Shown one piece after another: positions 1 through 15,341 of a DNA stretch of 64,000 nucleotides. Numbering within the stretch: position 1 is the stretch's first letter; each line of letters begins with the position of its first letter. The translations under genes were made by a program, and so were the position numbers. The stretch covers positions 29,078,001-29,142,000 of the forward strand of contig CM022665.1 in assembly GCA_012295275.1 (NCBI GenBank), written 5' to 3'. The notes beneath the pieces are model-generated. The model was not told where the DNA came from. It searched no databases and saw only the letters and a list, made by a program, of their open reading frames with translations. The stretch comes from Chrysomallon squamiferum. Its lineage: Eukaryota; Animalia; Mollusca.

Positions 1-2067
1 TCTTTGCAGACTAGCAGCAGAATAAAGAATTTAATCCACTTCAAGCAAGAACTAGTTACAAAGTTGTTTAGTGTATTTTGTAAACATAGAAAAATGTCCA
101 ACTATTGGTGCGAATGCAGTCTAACAGTTTTTTTCTTTCATTTTTTTTTTTTTCCTCTTTCTTTTTAATAAATTATAAGTTAAATATTTATTTATTTATA
201 TTGTTAAATCAAATAACAGAAAGAAATATTTGGGGCATTGCTGATGGAATAATTTATTAAACATTTTCATTTATTACTGTTGACCTTAACAATACATTCC
301 AGAGGTTAAAAGTAGGTTTCATAAACATGTGATAGTAAGCACTTTGTTGAGCAAAGTGTTAAATTGTTTTATATGTTAAAGATTGATTGTTATTTTTGTC
401 CACTGTTTGACTGTTTTCATCATTTGATACACTTCCCCCATACATAGGTGTCTCCTGGGACTGTAAACTACATCCCTTAGGTTCTTTTTTAAAATCTGAA
501 TGAACTGAAGTAATATGTAATTTTGATAAGATCGTTTTTATTTCTTTTTAGGCTTTTTTTTTTTTTGTTTTATAAATATGTTGCATGTAGGCCTACCACA
601 TGAAGAGAGATTTCTGGAAATAATTAATGTGGTATTCTTTTTTCTTTTAAATAATTGTCTCCTCATGTTAGTCATTGTACATAGTTGTAGAAGTATAATG
701 CAACTTAATGCATTAAAGATGTAATCTGTTAAAGATATCACTGTAAATCACATAAAAATCAAAACATAAAATATCTTGATTTACACTGCTAAAATATTTT
801 GCATAACAATAGGTTTAGTATTTTATGAGTTTTATTGCTTTAAAAAATAATAATGTTTATGTGTTTTTATATTTAGAGCCTGTTTCACCATGAAGACCAG
901 TACTGTAGTATGGGTAACATACCTCTTTCATTTTTTTAAACATATATATTTTTAAAACATTTTAATATCAACAGTTTTTAGATCAAATCAGGCCAAGTCA
1001 CCTTTATTTGCTTGCAGTAAAAAAAATCACAGTTTTGTTTTATTGTAAAGTCTAGTTACATAACAGAATAAAGAATTATGTTTCAACATTCTATTAAAAT
1101 GGATTTTTAAAATCAACTACAAATACAATTTTGTGTTTTAGGAAAATTGTTATTTTTCTTTCTTTCTTTTGGTGATGGCATCAGTTATTCAAAATGTTTT
1201 GTTTCTGTATAATTTATTTATTTATTTATTTTTTTATTATTATTATCATCTTTCTTTTTTCATTTTTTTTTTCATTTATGTATTAGATTTTCTGAGAGAA
1301 CATTTTGAAAATGCACATAAATAATCAAGATCAGTAAAAACTACATACAAATATTTGGCAACAGAGTGTACAATTAAATGTAAAATCTAGATTGTGCCGT
1401 GGCATTTATGAACATTTCTGTGTTTGAGGTAATATACATGATTAAGGCTTACTATAAGAATCAAGTGTATTTATGTATGTACTATTGGATATTGGTACTT
1501 AAACAGTTTTACTAGTCTTAAGATAGTAAACATATTAATACTAACAGTTGCAATCGAGAGTAGCTAATTTTGTAGTAGAGGCTAATTAAGTGTGGTATTG
1601 TGGATATTTCTATGGCCCATATGTGGGTTATCAATGTACATTTTGATTCCATTTCAGATGTCGGTGTATAACATACACTGAAGGAATAAAAATTAAAATA
1701 CTAATGCAGGCTTGGTTTTTTATTTTTTATTGATATTATTACTAAGTATAAGCATCCATTAAATCTTTATTTTTATATAAACCAATTGCAGAATATCAAG
1801 ATCAAAACACATTATAATTTTCTTTGTTTATATATTTTGTGACAAATGTTTTGTGGCACATTATCATAAAACCTTAAATACACGATTCTAACAATTATAT
1901 GAATTTTATTTACAGTGTTTTTTAAAAGATCAAGATGTTTATTGCTTTTTGCTGAAATTTCACAGATATAAAATCAGACTAGATGGATATCAAACATCTG
2001 CTCAAAAGTGAATGTTCTTTAAAATTTAATTTCATCTGAACACTTTTGACTTGTTTACAGCTGTTGT

Positions 2068-4543
2068 TCAATCATCCTGTAACGTAAAATATAATCAAAT
2101 TTAATTTCAGAACATGTGTTGTACCAAACTGTTTTAGTTATCTCCATTGTTAAAGGTTCAGGAAATATTTCCTGTTTGTAAATTTATGTAATATACAGAT
2201 GTATACAAAATCCTTTTTGTTTCTTCAGTAAATGGAAAAGAAATTATAAACAGCAACAAACTGATTATGCCTAAAAACAAAAACAAAAAATAGCTATGCT
2301 GTTAATGTTTGAAATATTCAGATCCTTACAGTTAAGTCTAGAATACACTTCAAATTTATTTACTTTTAATAAAATGTCAGTTTATTTAGAAGTATATGTA
2401 ACAAACCCATTCATCATCTTGTACTTCTTTTTCCTCTGGTGTATCAGGAATATTTGATCTGATATTCATGATCTTGTCAGTCCAGGAGGACCCCACTGCT
2501 TCCCCTCCAGCATAATTAGACACTGTTGCAGACTGCTTCTCTATTTTACCAATGCTGACTGGAAATAAAACAACCGTTTTAACACCATTATTATTATAAT
2601 AGCTTATAATTATAGAGAATGTTTAGGGATTCTCATTCTTGATGTTTATCAATGAAATTTTTGTTTTTTGTTTTTGTTTTGTTTTTATGTCTTTGTCAAT
2701 TCCACAAGGTTCTTTTTTTATAACATTTTTTATTTATTAATCTGTTTTCTAATTATTCAATATTCTTTGATTTCTCTAATGTATTACTTGTATATATTAC
2801 TTTTATGTGCATACATGATTATAATAAACATTATTTAAGTGGATATGTTTAAAGCTGAAATGTGGTAACACAGAGCAGGTGAAAATCAAAATTTTAGAAA
2901 AAAGGGAATAATATATCTAGTGTTAATGTAACTTTCAAACATAAGGAATTTTTATTATGAAGAAAAAACGGCAAAAATATGTGGTGTTTATGTATGTGTG
3001 TAAACATACAAATGAAAGGGCTGTTTCCTTCTGTTTTAATTCTAATACAATCATCAATATCTAGTTCCATTTTCTCAAGCTGAGATTCGTTCAGCCATAA
3101 AGAGAGAGAGTCTGGGGGAGCCTCTTTTTCACATATCTCGTCCAGTTCGACTTTCTTTATCAAGGAGATAATTCTTTATAGGATAGTTTATCTGTCTGAC
3201 CTTTTGCTTCCACTTCTTTAAAAAAAAAATTAAAAAAAAAAAAAAAATAAATAACAAACAAAAATATTTTGTTACTTTGGTTCTCATCATAAAGAATTTA
3301 GTTTACCTTAAGTAAGTAGTACATTATTAATTAATGTATTAAAGAAAGTAATATAAAAATGTATTTCTTTGAAGGAAATGCTTTTAGTTTTATATTTAAT
3401 AATATATTAGTCTGTTAAATATATTCAGTTTAAATCAGGATTTATAATAAACTTCATTTCAAAAGCAATGAATGTAATACTCACTATATGATGAATTTAA
3501 GTAGCCTTTTGATACTTTTGTTGTTTCTGAAAAGTTTGGTTCTATTTCTTTCCCAGATATTTCAAATTTTCTTCTGTGAGCTTGTGATACTTTTACATGA
3601 AGTACACTGTAACGAACCTTAAATACCCCCAAAAATAGAATAACATAAAGAAAATGGCTTTTTTAAATTAAAAAATATATATTATTGAACAGATAATTTA
3701 TTTGACTGTTATTATTATTTTTTTTTTTTTACAAAATACTGTCATTCACTAAATAAAAATGTATTAAAATATGATTAAATTAATATAACTGTACCTTTGT
3801 CTAAATTAATTTTGTATACTTCAGTGTGATTATTTTGTTAAAAGCTAATAAAATACAGCAATAAAATAACAACTTCATGAGGATGCATCAGTGCTGACAA
3901 TTTCCTTTTCTAGTGACATCATATCTTATAATAAAAAGGAAAATAAACATCCTGACAGAGTAAATAAATTACTGAAAATAGACTATAACCTTAGGATTTC
4001 ATAAATAAATATACACCTTCAAACCTTTACTGTCTGTGATTGTAAATCGAGATTTTCCTTTAATCACAGCTTCAAGTATGACACCAGGTCCATCTCTTAA
4101 AAAAGAAGAAAAGAAAAAAAAAAAAGAAAGGTAAAAATCAAAAAAAGAATAAATATAACATACACAAACTATATATATCCACAAGGGTTGTGTAAGTCTG
4201 GATTACATGCAGTTTAAAAGAACATCATCATAACGTTTTAATCAATCTCTGTTTCTCTTTATTACTTTCGTTAGCGTTGAGTAAAATCGTAAATTTCAAA
4301 AATATTTTATATTAGCGTCGTTGGTATCAATAGGTGATATATAAAAAATGCAGAACTATTAATAAATAAATAAATAAATAAATAAATTTAATCTTATTAA
4401 TACAAAGTAGATAAAATATATTTTTAAACGAGAAAATGCGACTATTACTTTCTACAACACTCCAAAGAGTCCCAACTTGAAGCAAAGTTAATATTTTTCA
4501 CAGGAACATTGGTCAATTTTTCGTTATAGTAAATCCGACTCAT
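2068..4543 (-). CDS. ARPIN: Arpin, actin-related protein 2/3 complex inhibitor (6 coding exons, ~224 aa; one 1-nt frameshift in exon 4 as assembled)
   Basis: Manually spliced GT-AG exons 4543-4449, 4095-4017, 3617-3485, 3215-3010, 2558-2407 and 2076-2068 give MSRIYYNEKLTNVPV...GPGVILEAVI...RYSVLHVKVSQAHRRKFEISGKEIEPNFSETTKVSKGYLNSSYKVEAKGQTDKL...LWLNESQLEKMEL...IKTEGNSPFI...SSWTDKIM...EVQDDEWDD*. This matches the Arpin family as I recall it (MSRIY, HRRKF..GxEIEPNFS, KVEAKGxTD, SWTDxIM, acidic EWDD tail). Exon 4 is 206 nt where its splice phases require 207. Confidence 0.95.
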
Positions 4544-5206
4544 CTTATAAAATGTCAGACTATTTCCGTGTTTACACGGATAGTCTCCCTTATCACGAAT
4601 TATAAAATTTAAAATTAATGCGGAATTATTCATTGTAAATAAAATAGCTGTTTTAATTACATATAAAATCTAAGTTGAGATAAATCACTTTATGCGCATT
4701 TTTAATTATAACATGAAAATATTCTAATATGAACATTGTTTTGTAAAGTATTGTAAATTCCCCAAATCATTGTTCATATTGATAGGACGTATTGAATTTG
4801 AATAAATTTACAAATCAGACCATCCAGAAGAAAACCGCTAAGAGTTAGTCATGTTTATCCGTTATGTTTTGACTTTCACAGTCAAATACACAGACACATG
4901 TAAAGTTCCTTATATGCGAATATTTTAAACTCCTAATACAAAGTGACAGTCAAAAGGATAAATTTACTTAACATCTGACAAGTTTTTAATAATACAGAAT
5001 TTATAAAATAATTGTAATCATATATAATACAGTATATCACTTTATCATTGTATGTATATACTCATAATACTGTATCGAGTATAGACATACTAAGAATAAA
5101 TATTTCTGGACAGACCACATTCATAGAAATAAAATGATTAATATTTAATGATTTACTTTATTTGTTTTAACTGGAGAAAAGATTTGGAGACCACATTAAC
5201 TAGAAA
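4544..5206. promoter_or_regulatory. Probable bidirectional promoter between ARPIN (-) and ZNF-A (+)
   Basis: Head-to-head start codons at 4543 and 5207, ~660 bp apart; local rise in CpG; TTTGACT-n5-AGTCAAA inverted repeat at 4868-4886. TSSs were not determined. Confidence 0.55.
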
Positions 5207-7515
5207 ATGTCAAAGTTTGAAGTTCAGAATACTGTGAACAATCAAATCACACATGCAACAAGTTCTAAAAGTTTTACAGATAGCATATCTGAACACAAGT
5301 CATGCAGCTGGTCTCTCTGTGCCTTAAAGATTGTGAAAATTTTCGAGTGTAAGGTTTGTTTGAAAACGGTTCACAAAACATCATGTTTAAATCTTGTATC
5401 AGTACAGGATAAACATGTTGGTAAATTCAGTGGTAAACGTCTACAGTGCAGTGTATGCAGTAAACAGTTTGGTCATGAAAGCATACTGAACAGTCATAAG
5501 AGAAAGCACACAGGATCAAAACCCTATGTCTGCCAGAAATGTGGCATTCATTTTATGACACAGGCAGGTCTGACCACTCATAAAGAAAGTCATCATCAAA
5601 GAAAATATCAAGTAAATGGTAAACAAAAAATGTTCATTGATAATCATTACAGGAGAAAAAAGTTAAGAATTAACAAAAGAAACTTGAATTCAGGATGTAT
5701 AAATATTAAAATAGAAACAATTAATGATGAAATATCCAAGGAGCACGAGCTGCCCTCTAATGATTTAAGTGACAATATGGATCATACCATTGATTATCAG
5801 AAAGAGGTATTTCCTGAAGATACAAATGATGAATCAGATGAAGAAAATTTAAAAAATAAAACTATTGCCGATAAAACATTTTCTGCTAATGACAGGGAAA
5901 ACATTTCTAGTAAAACAGATGATGCTATATTCAAGAACATGAACAAGTCTGGACATACGAAAGGAGGAATACAACAGTTTGGTTGTGAACAGTGCAATAA
6001 ATCCTATAACTCTGCTTCAAAACTGAAAATTCATCTCAGGTCTCACTCCGGTGAAAAACCTTTTGAATGTGATGTGTGTGGTAAACAGTACTCTAGATCA
6101 GATAAACTACGTGTACACCAAAGAGTGCATACTGGAGAACGTCCATATTCTTGCAGCCTGTGCACCAACAAGTACTTTACACTGAATGGCCTGAATGCGC
6201 ACAAGTTATTTCACAGTGGTGAGAAACCTTTTAAATGTGATATCTGTGGTAAACAGTTTCCAAGACTTGATAAACTCAGTTTACACCAAAGAGTCCACTC
6301 AGGAGAAAAACCATATCAGTGCAGTCACTGTAGCCGCCGTTTCAGTGTTGCATCAACATTGAAAAACCATGAACGCATTCATACTGGAGAGAAACCATTT
6401 TGTTGTAAGATTTGTGGAAAATTATTTAGACAGTTATCAGGTAATACAACTCAAATTACTGTTTCATCATTCAGATGTCCATTAGTTAATTCTTATTTCT
6501 TGATACTGTGATAGTGCAGCACTAAAATCAGTTACTAGCTTCTGCACATATATGTGAAAGTAAAAGTCATAGTAATCTTCAATTCATATCAATAAAGTGT
6601 GTTTCATCCTAATGAACCAAAACATTCCATCATTTGGTTTATAAATATTTTTCTTTTGTTTTTAGAAAAAAATTGTGTGTTTTGCTACTAATTTAAGTGA
6701 ATCTCGTTATTTTATAACTATTTTCAGGTCTGAATGTTCATGAAAAGTCATACCATGGTGAGAAGAAACATCTTTGTAACTACTGCAGCAAGTCATTTGC
6801 AACAGCACAAGGTTTGCAGTCTCACATCCGGACACACACACAGGAGAAACCTTTCACGTGTGACTTTTGTGGTCAGCCATTTAGACAGAAAGTTAGTCTG
6901 GATCAGCACCTCCGCACACACACTGAAAATGAACCATATGCATGCACTGAATGTGGGAAATCCTATCTATCACCAAATGGTCTGAAGATGCACATGATGA
7001 ATCACAGAGGAGAGAAACCACATGCTTGTGATATATGTAACAAGCATTTCAAGCGATTCAATGCTTTGAAAGACCATAAAAGAACTCACACAGGTGAGAA
7101 GCCATATACATGTCAGCAGTGTCTTCGTCCTTTCAGTACACAGTCCAAACTGTCACGACACAAGCTCACCCATTCCAACATCAAAACATTTGTGTGTACT
7201 GTGTGCAGCAAGTCATTTTCAAGGTCAGATAACCTCAAGACACACATGAAATCTCACACAACAGGAGGAAAGCATGTTTGTATGATGTGTGGAAAACGTT
7301 TTGCTTCTCAAGACCTTCTTGCTAAACATATGATGGTACATTATCAAAATAACCATCCCCAGCTTATTCCACCTCAGAATATAGTGGAAACTGTTGAAAC
7401 TAATACTGTTGAATTCATGATTGATAGTGCTGAAGAACTGGCAGGAACTCTTGTTCAGCTTTCACAGGGACCCATAACCTCAACTCCATACATTCCACAG
7501 ACATTGTATCAGTGA
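5207..7515 (+). CDS. ZNF-A: C2H2 zinc-finger protein, ~673 aa, ~15 fingers, 2 coding exons
   Basis: Exons 5207-6440 and 6728-7515 are joined by a phase-1 GT-AG intron that splits a finger (FRQLSG|LNVHEKSYH). TGEKP linkers. N-terminal HKSCSWSL...CKVC module plus 2 isolated fingers, then a 13-finger array. Confidence 0.93.
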
Positions 7516-8540
7516 CAGAAAACATTAGACTTAGGTATAATATTTCTGCTGCTTCAGATATTTATTCCTTACTTATAATTAGACCTACAAACATTGTTTG
7601 AATTAATTATCATTCACATCTTAACATTCTCTGTTCTCTGTTTATTCAAATTATTTTGGCAAAAGAGGGAGTGGGGGACAAGTTTGACAAAACAGAGAAA
7701 AAGTATTTCTTTTAAGTTGCACATTGTGTAATTTGTATTGTGAATCATCAACTGATAAAATTACTGCTTATTAAAAACTGGTGAGCTTTTATCTCTATAA
7801 AAGTTTCATGAATAATGAAAATTATGAAATGAGGTGACAAGTATTTAACTGAATGTAAAATATTTACATGCATATAAATAAAACCAAATTTAATTTCTTT
7901 TGCTTCTGATGTTTTTATATAAGTAAACCTAATATTTAATAGTATTTGGTAGCTTTTGTCAAACATATTAATATATTTGTTAGTTTAATTTAATGCCATA
8001 ATCATTAAATTGTGACTACTGTAAATAGGCTCCTTTCAATGAAAGTAACTGTAAACTTACATCTACTGAATTAGAGCTTAGGGTAGATATGAATGTCTGT
8101 ATTGCAAATTATTTTTTAAATAGTTCATGTAGATTGTAATTGTAAAACACTGCCTTTCAACTAACCTAACGGAGATTCATTATCATTAGGTTATGATATT
8201 ATATCTTATACTGGAAAGTAAATGTGCTAATTAGCTTTAGCACATATGTTTGTTTTTATTATTAAAATTTGTGAAATGTAGATGCTATGCATGCAATGAA
8301 TAATATAATACATGGCTGCTAAGAAATGAAATATTTAAATTAAGCATCCTTCAATCAAATTTTTATGCATTATAAAATATAGAAAGCTTGAATATTCCTT
8401 TTTCTATCTTTTTTTATTTTTATACTTGTATGATATTTTGCTGTTGTTACTTTCAGACAGTTACATAATTTAGGTATTTACATTGCTATGGTAGAAATTG
8501 TAACCATTTTGTATTCAAAAATTTATGCTTGAGTTAGTGA

Positions 8541-8624
8541 TGTGTATATATGTAAATATAAAAATATATATATATATATATATATATACACATGTGTGTG
8601 TGTGTATATATATATGTATGTATG

Positions 8625-8673
<49 letters not shown>

Positions 8674-8708
8674 ATAAATATATATATATATACACATACA
8701 TATATATA
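8541..8708. repeat. Compound (TA)n/(TG)n/(TATG)n microsatellite
   Basis: Directly visible; source of spurious ORFs 8515-8697 and 8542-8790. Confidence 0.9.
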
Positions 8709-11700
8709 TTTTTTTGTTTTTGTTTGTTTTATAATTGTTGCCTTTAATATTCAGTACAAGTCAATGACTTCAAAAGATGATTTTGGATGAATATAAACCA
8801 AATTGGTATATAGATTAGTTATCATTTGAAGAACCAATCTCATTTTGTTAACTTTGAAGTAGTTTTTTAAGCCATCTGTGCCTTATTCATTTACATCCAT
8901 TACTAAATAAACAGTTTCACTGAAACAGGTGTCTGTTGTTCTGTGTACCTAAGAAAATATAAGAAACATAGCAACATCAGATAGCAATTAAATAATAGCT
9001 TACAAGACTCACATCAGGTTCATATCCAGCTTTGGTAATATGGGCATTTACCAGTCTAAGTAATTTGAAATTTACTAATTAAGAATATTAAATTTAATAT
9101 TAAGTTTGACAAATGTGTTTTTAATTTTCTATGTTAATATATGAAATGTATGAATGCAGTTTGAGAAATCATATCTTAAGATGTTGTTTAATTTACAAAT
9201 TTAATATTGGTAAAAATGATCGTTGGTTAAAAAACCAGTAGCCCAGTGGTTTAGTAACTACAGTTTATTTAATTTAGATAATATCCAGTGTGTTCTAACC
9301 ACCTGATAATGTCTTATATTACTTTTTTTTTTTTGGGGGGGTGGTGGAGATGTAAAATAGCATTTCATTCTATTGGTAACAATTTCCAGTCTTTCATTTT
9401 TCAACAGCACAGACTATAAAAACATTTTTTAGCCTTATTTTAAAACAACAGCTGTTTCTCTAGCCCATAGTAATTAGCAGTGCTAATGTTTTATCTATGG
9501 CAATAGGATTGCTGTGAACTGTGGGTAGACATTTAAATAAAAAAATTGGCCTTAAAATGCCATGAGTAGTATTTTTCCATGATTTAGTTTCTTTTGTGCA
9601 GATTTATTTTAAATATTTGTGAAACACTAGTTGCATAAACTCACTGTAATTAATTATTTTATTTCTTATAAATGCAAAATATCCATAACAGAACTGTGTA
9701 CATTGCATTATTATAATTTGAAATAAAATATTAATTAAATTCATCATTTTTATGAACACTAAATAAAATCTACTATCTTGTTTCAGGATTAAATTTCCAC
9801 ATTACAAAACTTGCAAACTAACTTTTATATCTTAATTAAGGAATTAATAAGGACCTTACTGAAATGAAACTGAAAACAAAAAGAAAAAAAAACAACAACA
9901 AAGGTTTTAGTTATTATAGTTTAATTAAAATCAAATTTCCACATTTGATACCACTGGATTTACCAAATGTATATTCCAGCTACATAAATGTAAAGAAAGA
10001 AGGGGAAAAAAAAAGCTATAATCTTGTGTAAGATACTCATAAGCAAGTGTACTTAAAGAAAATTTGAAAGCTGATTTAAAAAAAAAAAAAAAAAAATTTT
10101 GCATGTTGAACATATAACACTATGCAATAACAAAAATAGGAATGTAAACCAGTACACTTCAACTATATTTAATTACTTTATTTTTAATCTAGCTACAGAG
10201 AGAAAGTTAAAAGAAAAAAGATGAAAAAGTTAAAACTACTGTTCAGAATTTTTCATAACTATCTGCTTATGATATTAAAACAAAAAAAAAAAAAAAGAGA
10301 AATAAACTGAGTTGAAATCTTCATGCTATAAATCCTTTTTACAAGGCAATAAGATTCACATTTCAAAATAATTTGAAAGTAGTTCTGTTATTCAGTTTCA
10401 AATAATTAAGATTTCCATAAAGAAGAAATAAAACTACATACGGGACTGCCAAAAAAAAACAGAACCACCAAAGGGTTGAAAAAACAAATGGTTGAAATTA
10501 TCATAAAGTAGGCAGAATTCGATGAATCTCTGAAAATGGCGTCCTATTTTTAATAAACTATTAATCATTATTTCATAAATTTCAATTGTCATTTATACAT
10601 GCTTTTTTTTTTTTTTTTAAATGTTTTTTATGGATTTTGTTTCAGCATAGAAACTAGAAATATTAGCTTTTTTTTTTATTTAGTACAAAAAAAAAAATTC
10701 AAAACAAGTTATTAATTTCCTCAAAAATTAAGCAAAGGATATAAATTTGTATCATGTCAGTATGACAAGGAATGAAAGGTCAAGAAGAATGTACAATTTT
10801 GTAAGTTTTAAAACAGTCTTTATTACAGTAAATCTTTATTCAGGAAATGAAAAACTTAATTTTTGAGCCAGACTAGATTTTCATAACGATTTATGAACAA
10901 TAACAGTCACAAGTTATTTATCAATATGATAACAGACAAGTAGAGTTGCAAACACCAACAAATAAAAATATTATGCTTTTAGATGTAAACCATAACCCAA
11001 ATACAGAGCTAAACACTGAAAAATCAATTAAGCAAGTTACAGGATAACTTTCAAATATTTTGTGTATTATGACTAATCCAAACAATACTATTACTTAATA
11101 ATATGTAAATACTTTACTAGGCACACCAAGGTGTGATACACAATGTGATTTGATAATTTATCAATATACATTTTCCACAATAATAACCAAAAAAATGTAT
11201 ACCATAATTTACATATTAAATAATATAAAACATGCTATATCATAATAATCTAATAAATATCATACTAATAAAAATCATACCTCAAAGCATTGTTCCAGAT
11301 TAAATAATGTATTCTCAGAATACTAAAACATTTTAAAAAACTGAAGAGAAGATAATCTTCAGATTGATATATAAAATAAGATAAGTTATAACACTTTAAA
11401 ATTATCAAAAAAAAAAAAAAATCCATCAATATCCAGACATCAACAACTATATACATAACTACAAAATAGTAATAACAAATAAATAAGCTATTAAGTATAT
11501 TTTTGTAATCCTAATACTATTATTATAATAAAATAGTTGAAAAAAGGTCAACTAAACAACAACCCAAAGACTAGTATATGGTTTTTCTAATAATAATATT
11601 TAATTAACAAGAACTGTTACATTTCTGAAACTACTGTAATTATTTACAACTAAATTATCAATATAGAAAAGAAAGGTAAAAAGTAAATCAGGACAGTCTG

Positions 11701-13247
11701 TGATGATTCTTCATTTAAGAACATTTAATTAAGGGAGAAATTTTTGACATAATATACTAGGTAAAATTAGTCTTCTCACCATATTTGTTTTTAATAGAAA
11801 TTTAGTAATAAACATTACATAAACAAAGAGGCTCTTAATAAAAAATCAGTAGGGCCTTTCTCTGTCAATTATCCAACTGATTAACCAAAACCTCTTAATT
11901 TGCTGTAATTTTACTGTTTTGGTCATTGTGGATGACAAGTACTGTGTACCTATATTTTCTTGCATTGGATCAATAGTTTAAGAAACATAGCACTCTGAAG
12001 TTTGGACTTTTTTATTTATTTTATCAAAGTGAAAGCCAATCTAAAACCTGGGTTCTCACCAAACAATAATCTGCAATAAATGAAAAGGTTACTAACAACA
12101 GATTCCAAATATGTGATTAAATTTCATGTTTGAAATGTTCGTATTGATGACCATTAACATTCAATATGACTTTGTCAAATTTATCATCCTGAAATGATCT
12201 TTGGAATCACAAGGATTCTGGTATAAAAAAAGGTGTAATGTTTTGTGTTTATCCTCCAGATCCAATCACAGATGGCACACCTGATGCTTTATGCATGAAT
12301 AACTGAGTATAAAAATCTTGGGATTTCCATCAAATTCTGAGAGGTTAAGGTTTATGATTCAACATGGAATGGTTCCCCAAATTAAAAAAAACAACAAAAA
12401 AAACACCAATTAAAATAACATTCAACATTGTAATTAAAAAAATATTTGAAACATCCAGTCTGATAAAAGCATGATAGCTGAAATGATACCATTCTGGCTA
12501 CTCTTAGTGTTCTCAAATAAAGTGGACAAAAATATGAAAAAAAACCCACATAATAATGCAAAATCCAAAATCCATTACTCAACCATTTCTTTGAAATGAT
12601 AGGAAATTTTAGCTTGAGCGATACACCTTGATAAACCAATCTAATAATTTGATGTGAAACCCCAGTACTGAGAAGAAATGAAAAGAAATTTGTAATACTT
12701 AAAATAGATATTACTAGATGGTCAGGCTACATTTGCATATAATAAAACTACAATATATTGTTACATTTATAACACAAAAAAATATTACATAAATAAATAA
12801 GTAAAAAGAAGAAGAAAAACAGAAAATGAATTAAGAAAAAAGTTCAAAACAATTATGTACAGAAAATTTAATTTTTTCTTTCTAACCAATATGTATGTCA
12901 AACTGACAAAAGTATTTAAAAATACTGGTTAATTCTAATAAAATAATGAGGAAAACAAAATTACATATTTGATTTGGTTTTGTTTAATAACATAATTAAA
13001 TCCTGGTCACTCAGCAAAGCATTAAAACAAACATTAAATGTTTATATTACACAGAATAACCCAACAATCTATTTACAAAACAAAAAAGATACAGTCTGAA
13101 TTCAAAAATCAAAACAAAAAGATGTATAATAATAATAATTAATTAAAGGTTTAGGATGTAACTATAAATATAATACAAATTATTATACATAAACAATAGA
13201 TATAGCACTCCTTTCTGAATATAAAATTATGTTCATATATACACTTC

Positions 13248-13248
<1 letters not shown>

Positions 13249-13296
<48 letters not shown>
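13249..13296. repeat. (TG)n microsatellite
   Basis: Directly visible. Confidence 0.9.
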
Positions 13297-13297
<1 letters not shown>

Positions 13298-13972
13298 ACA
13301 TAAATATACATATACAATAAAAATGTCAGAAACAATACAGAAAGAAATTTTAGTAAAAGAAGATGTGATTCTGAACAGTAAAAAAATAGCTTCATCGGAT
13401 AATAGTAGTATCTAGAAAGAGATTTTCAAAACATGACATTACAACGTCTACTTCTTGTTTTGTATGTAATGTTATAAATTTCATTTCACTGTTCACAAAT
13501 TATTTCTGGCAAATATGCTGTTCCACTAATAATATTGATTACAGAATTTTATAATAGATCCAGATATACTGATACAAAAATTAAACACAAGACAATTAAC
13601 AGCTATTTTAATAATAAGAATTAATATATAAAAGCAAAGAGCAACAATTAATAATACTAATTTACTTTTTAATACAAATTCATTAAGTATTCATATCCAA
13701 TATGAATAAATGGATTACTTAACAACATTAAAATATAGAAATAATCATTTAACATGCTTTTTTTTTTCTCAGTATCTTAGTTATTTTGTATAAAACCAAC
13801 ATATCAAATGTCAGGAGTAACAGGTTCTGGAAATGAATAAAGTATGAAAAATAAAAAGAAATAAACATTAAATGATATATTAAATTACAGGATTAGGTAC
13901 TTTTAAATATAGATTTCTATTTAATTACATGTGTGTATATGTGTATTTGTGTATGAATGTGTGTGTGTGCTG

Positions 13973-14004
<32 letters not shown>

Positions 14005-14802
14005 TCACTTTTAAGACTGAATTCATATTAACAAATAATTTGACATGCATAAATAAATGAAATTCAACAGAATAAAATACAATTTTCCAAAAGTTATGTA
14101 CATTTGTAAAAAAAACCCAGCAAACAAATAGCATATATGTCTTCCTCTTAACAACAATTTAAACATTTATGAGAAAATTTTAGATTCTGGAAAACCTGAC
14201 ACAATTACAGGAGTTATGTATTAAAACTGCACACAATCGAAAAGGATGCCCAAATCAGAAACCTTTTAGTAAGTATTTATATTTTGAATGCATTTCTTCA
14301 TTTCTAAAAATAAAAAAAATAAAAAAAAATAAATAAATACAATTATAACCAGATGTTATTTAGTATATTAACTCAAATATTAAATAATTTTTAACTAATA
14401 ATAATCGTGCAGATGGACGGATGAAACATATGGTCTGCTTCTGTTACTGTAATTATTAAGGTAAATATTTTATGTGTTAATGTTCAGATCAGAAACACTT
14501 AAAGTGTAAAGGTATATTTAAAGTTAAAAACATTTGTTAACGTACATTTATTATAATAAAAAAAAGTTTTTGCAGAATGAAAAACTATAAATTTTTCATT
14601 CCATTAGTAAAGTGAATTGAAAACAGTTATCATAGAAACTGTAAATATTTAAAGAAAACAAAAATGCTTTTTAATCTTAAGCATTGTGTCAAGTGGTCCC
14701 ATCAATATGGGGCAGCCATATAAATAACAATGGTTTTGAATAACTTCAAAACAAAAATTACTGTAACTAACAGAATTGACACATTATGTGGGTTTTTCAA
14801 GA

Positions 14803-15310
14803 TTAATACGGGATATTATTCAAATGTGAAAACTGCTGCAGCCTAGCTTGAAGCTGAGCTGGAGTTTCCATTACATTTTCTACAATATTTGAAGCTAATA
14901 CTGCTTCACTGATACCCTGTGTGTACACAGGATGGACTGTGTTATCGGTGTGCATGTCACCAAAATGAATTCTCATGTGTTGCTGAATAGTGTCAGCAAG
15001 TGAAGTGGATGCTTGAGGAACCTTTGGGGTTTCTTTTGGCTTGCGAGAATATGGCTTCTCTCCAGCATGGCTTCTCATATGAGCATTCAGGTTGTCTCGT
15101 CGTGAAAACTGCTTGCCACAGATGGTGCAGGTACAGGCCTTCACACCTGAATGGATCAGCATGTGTCGACTTAACTTTGATGATGCTGTGAAGGTCTTGT
15201 GACAGGTGTCACATTTGAAGGGTTTTTCACCTGTATGGTGCATCTATAAAATTTTAAAAAGCAAAATATAAATAAAACAAATGAATAATGTGTTTGTGTT
15301 TCTTTCTTTC

Positions 15311-15341
<31 letters not shown>

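Noticed and set aside
1-1700. Possible small plus-strand exons (acceptors near 9, 876, 1286, 1657)
   Set aside because: Splice-like signals exist, but no phase combination gave a protein I recognise; unsupported without RNA data.
7748-13395. Short ORFs between ZNF-A and ZNF-B, and similar F/I/Y/L-rich ORFs elsewhere
   Set aside because: Translations of AT-rich or microsatellite sequence; ORFs antisense or out of frame to ZNF exons are shadows of those exons.
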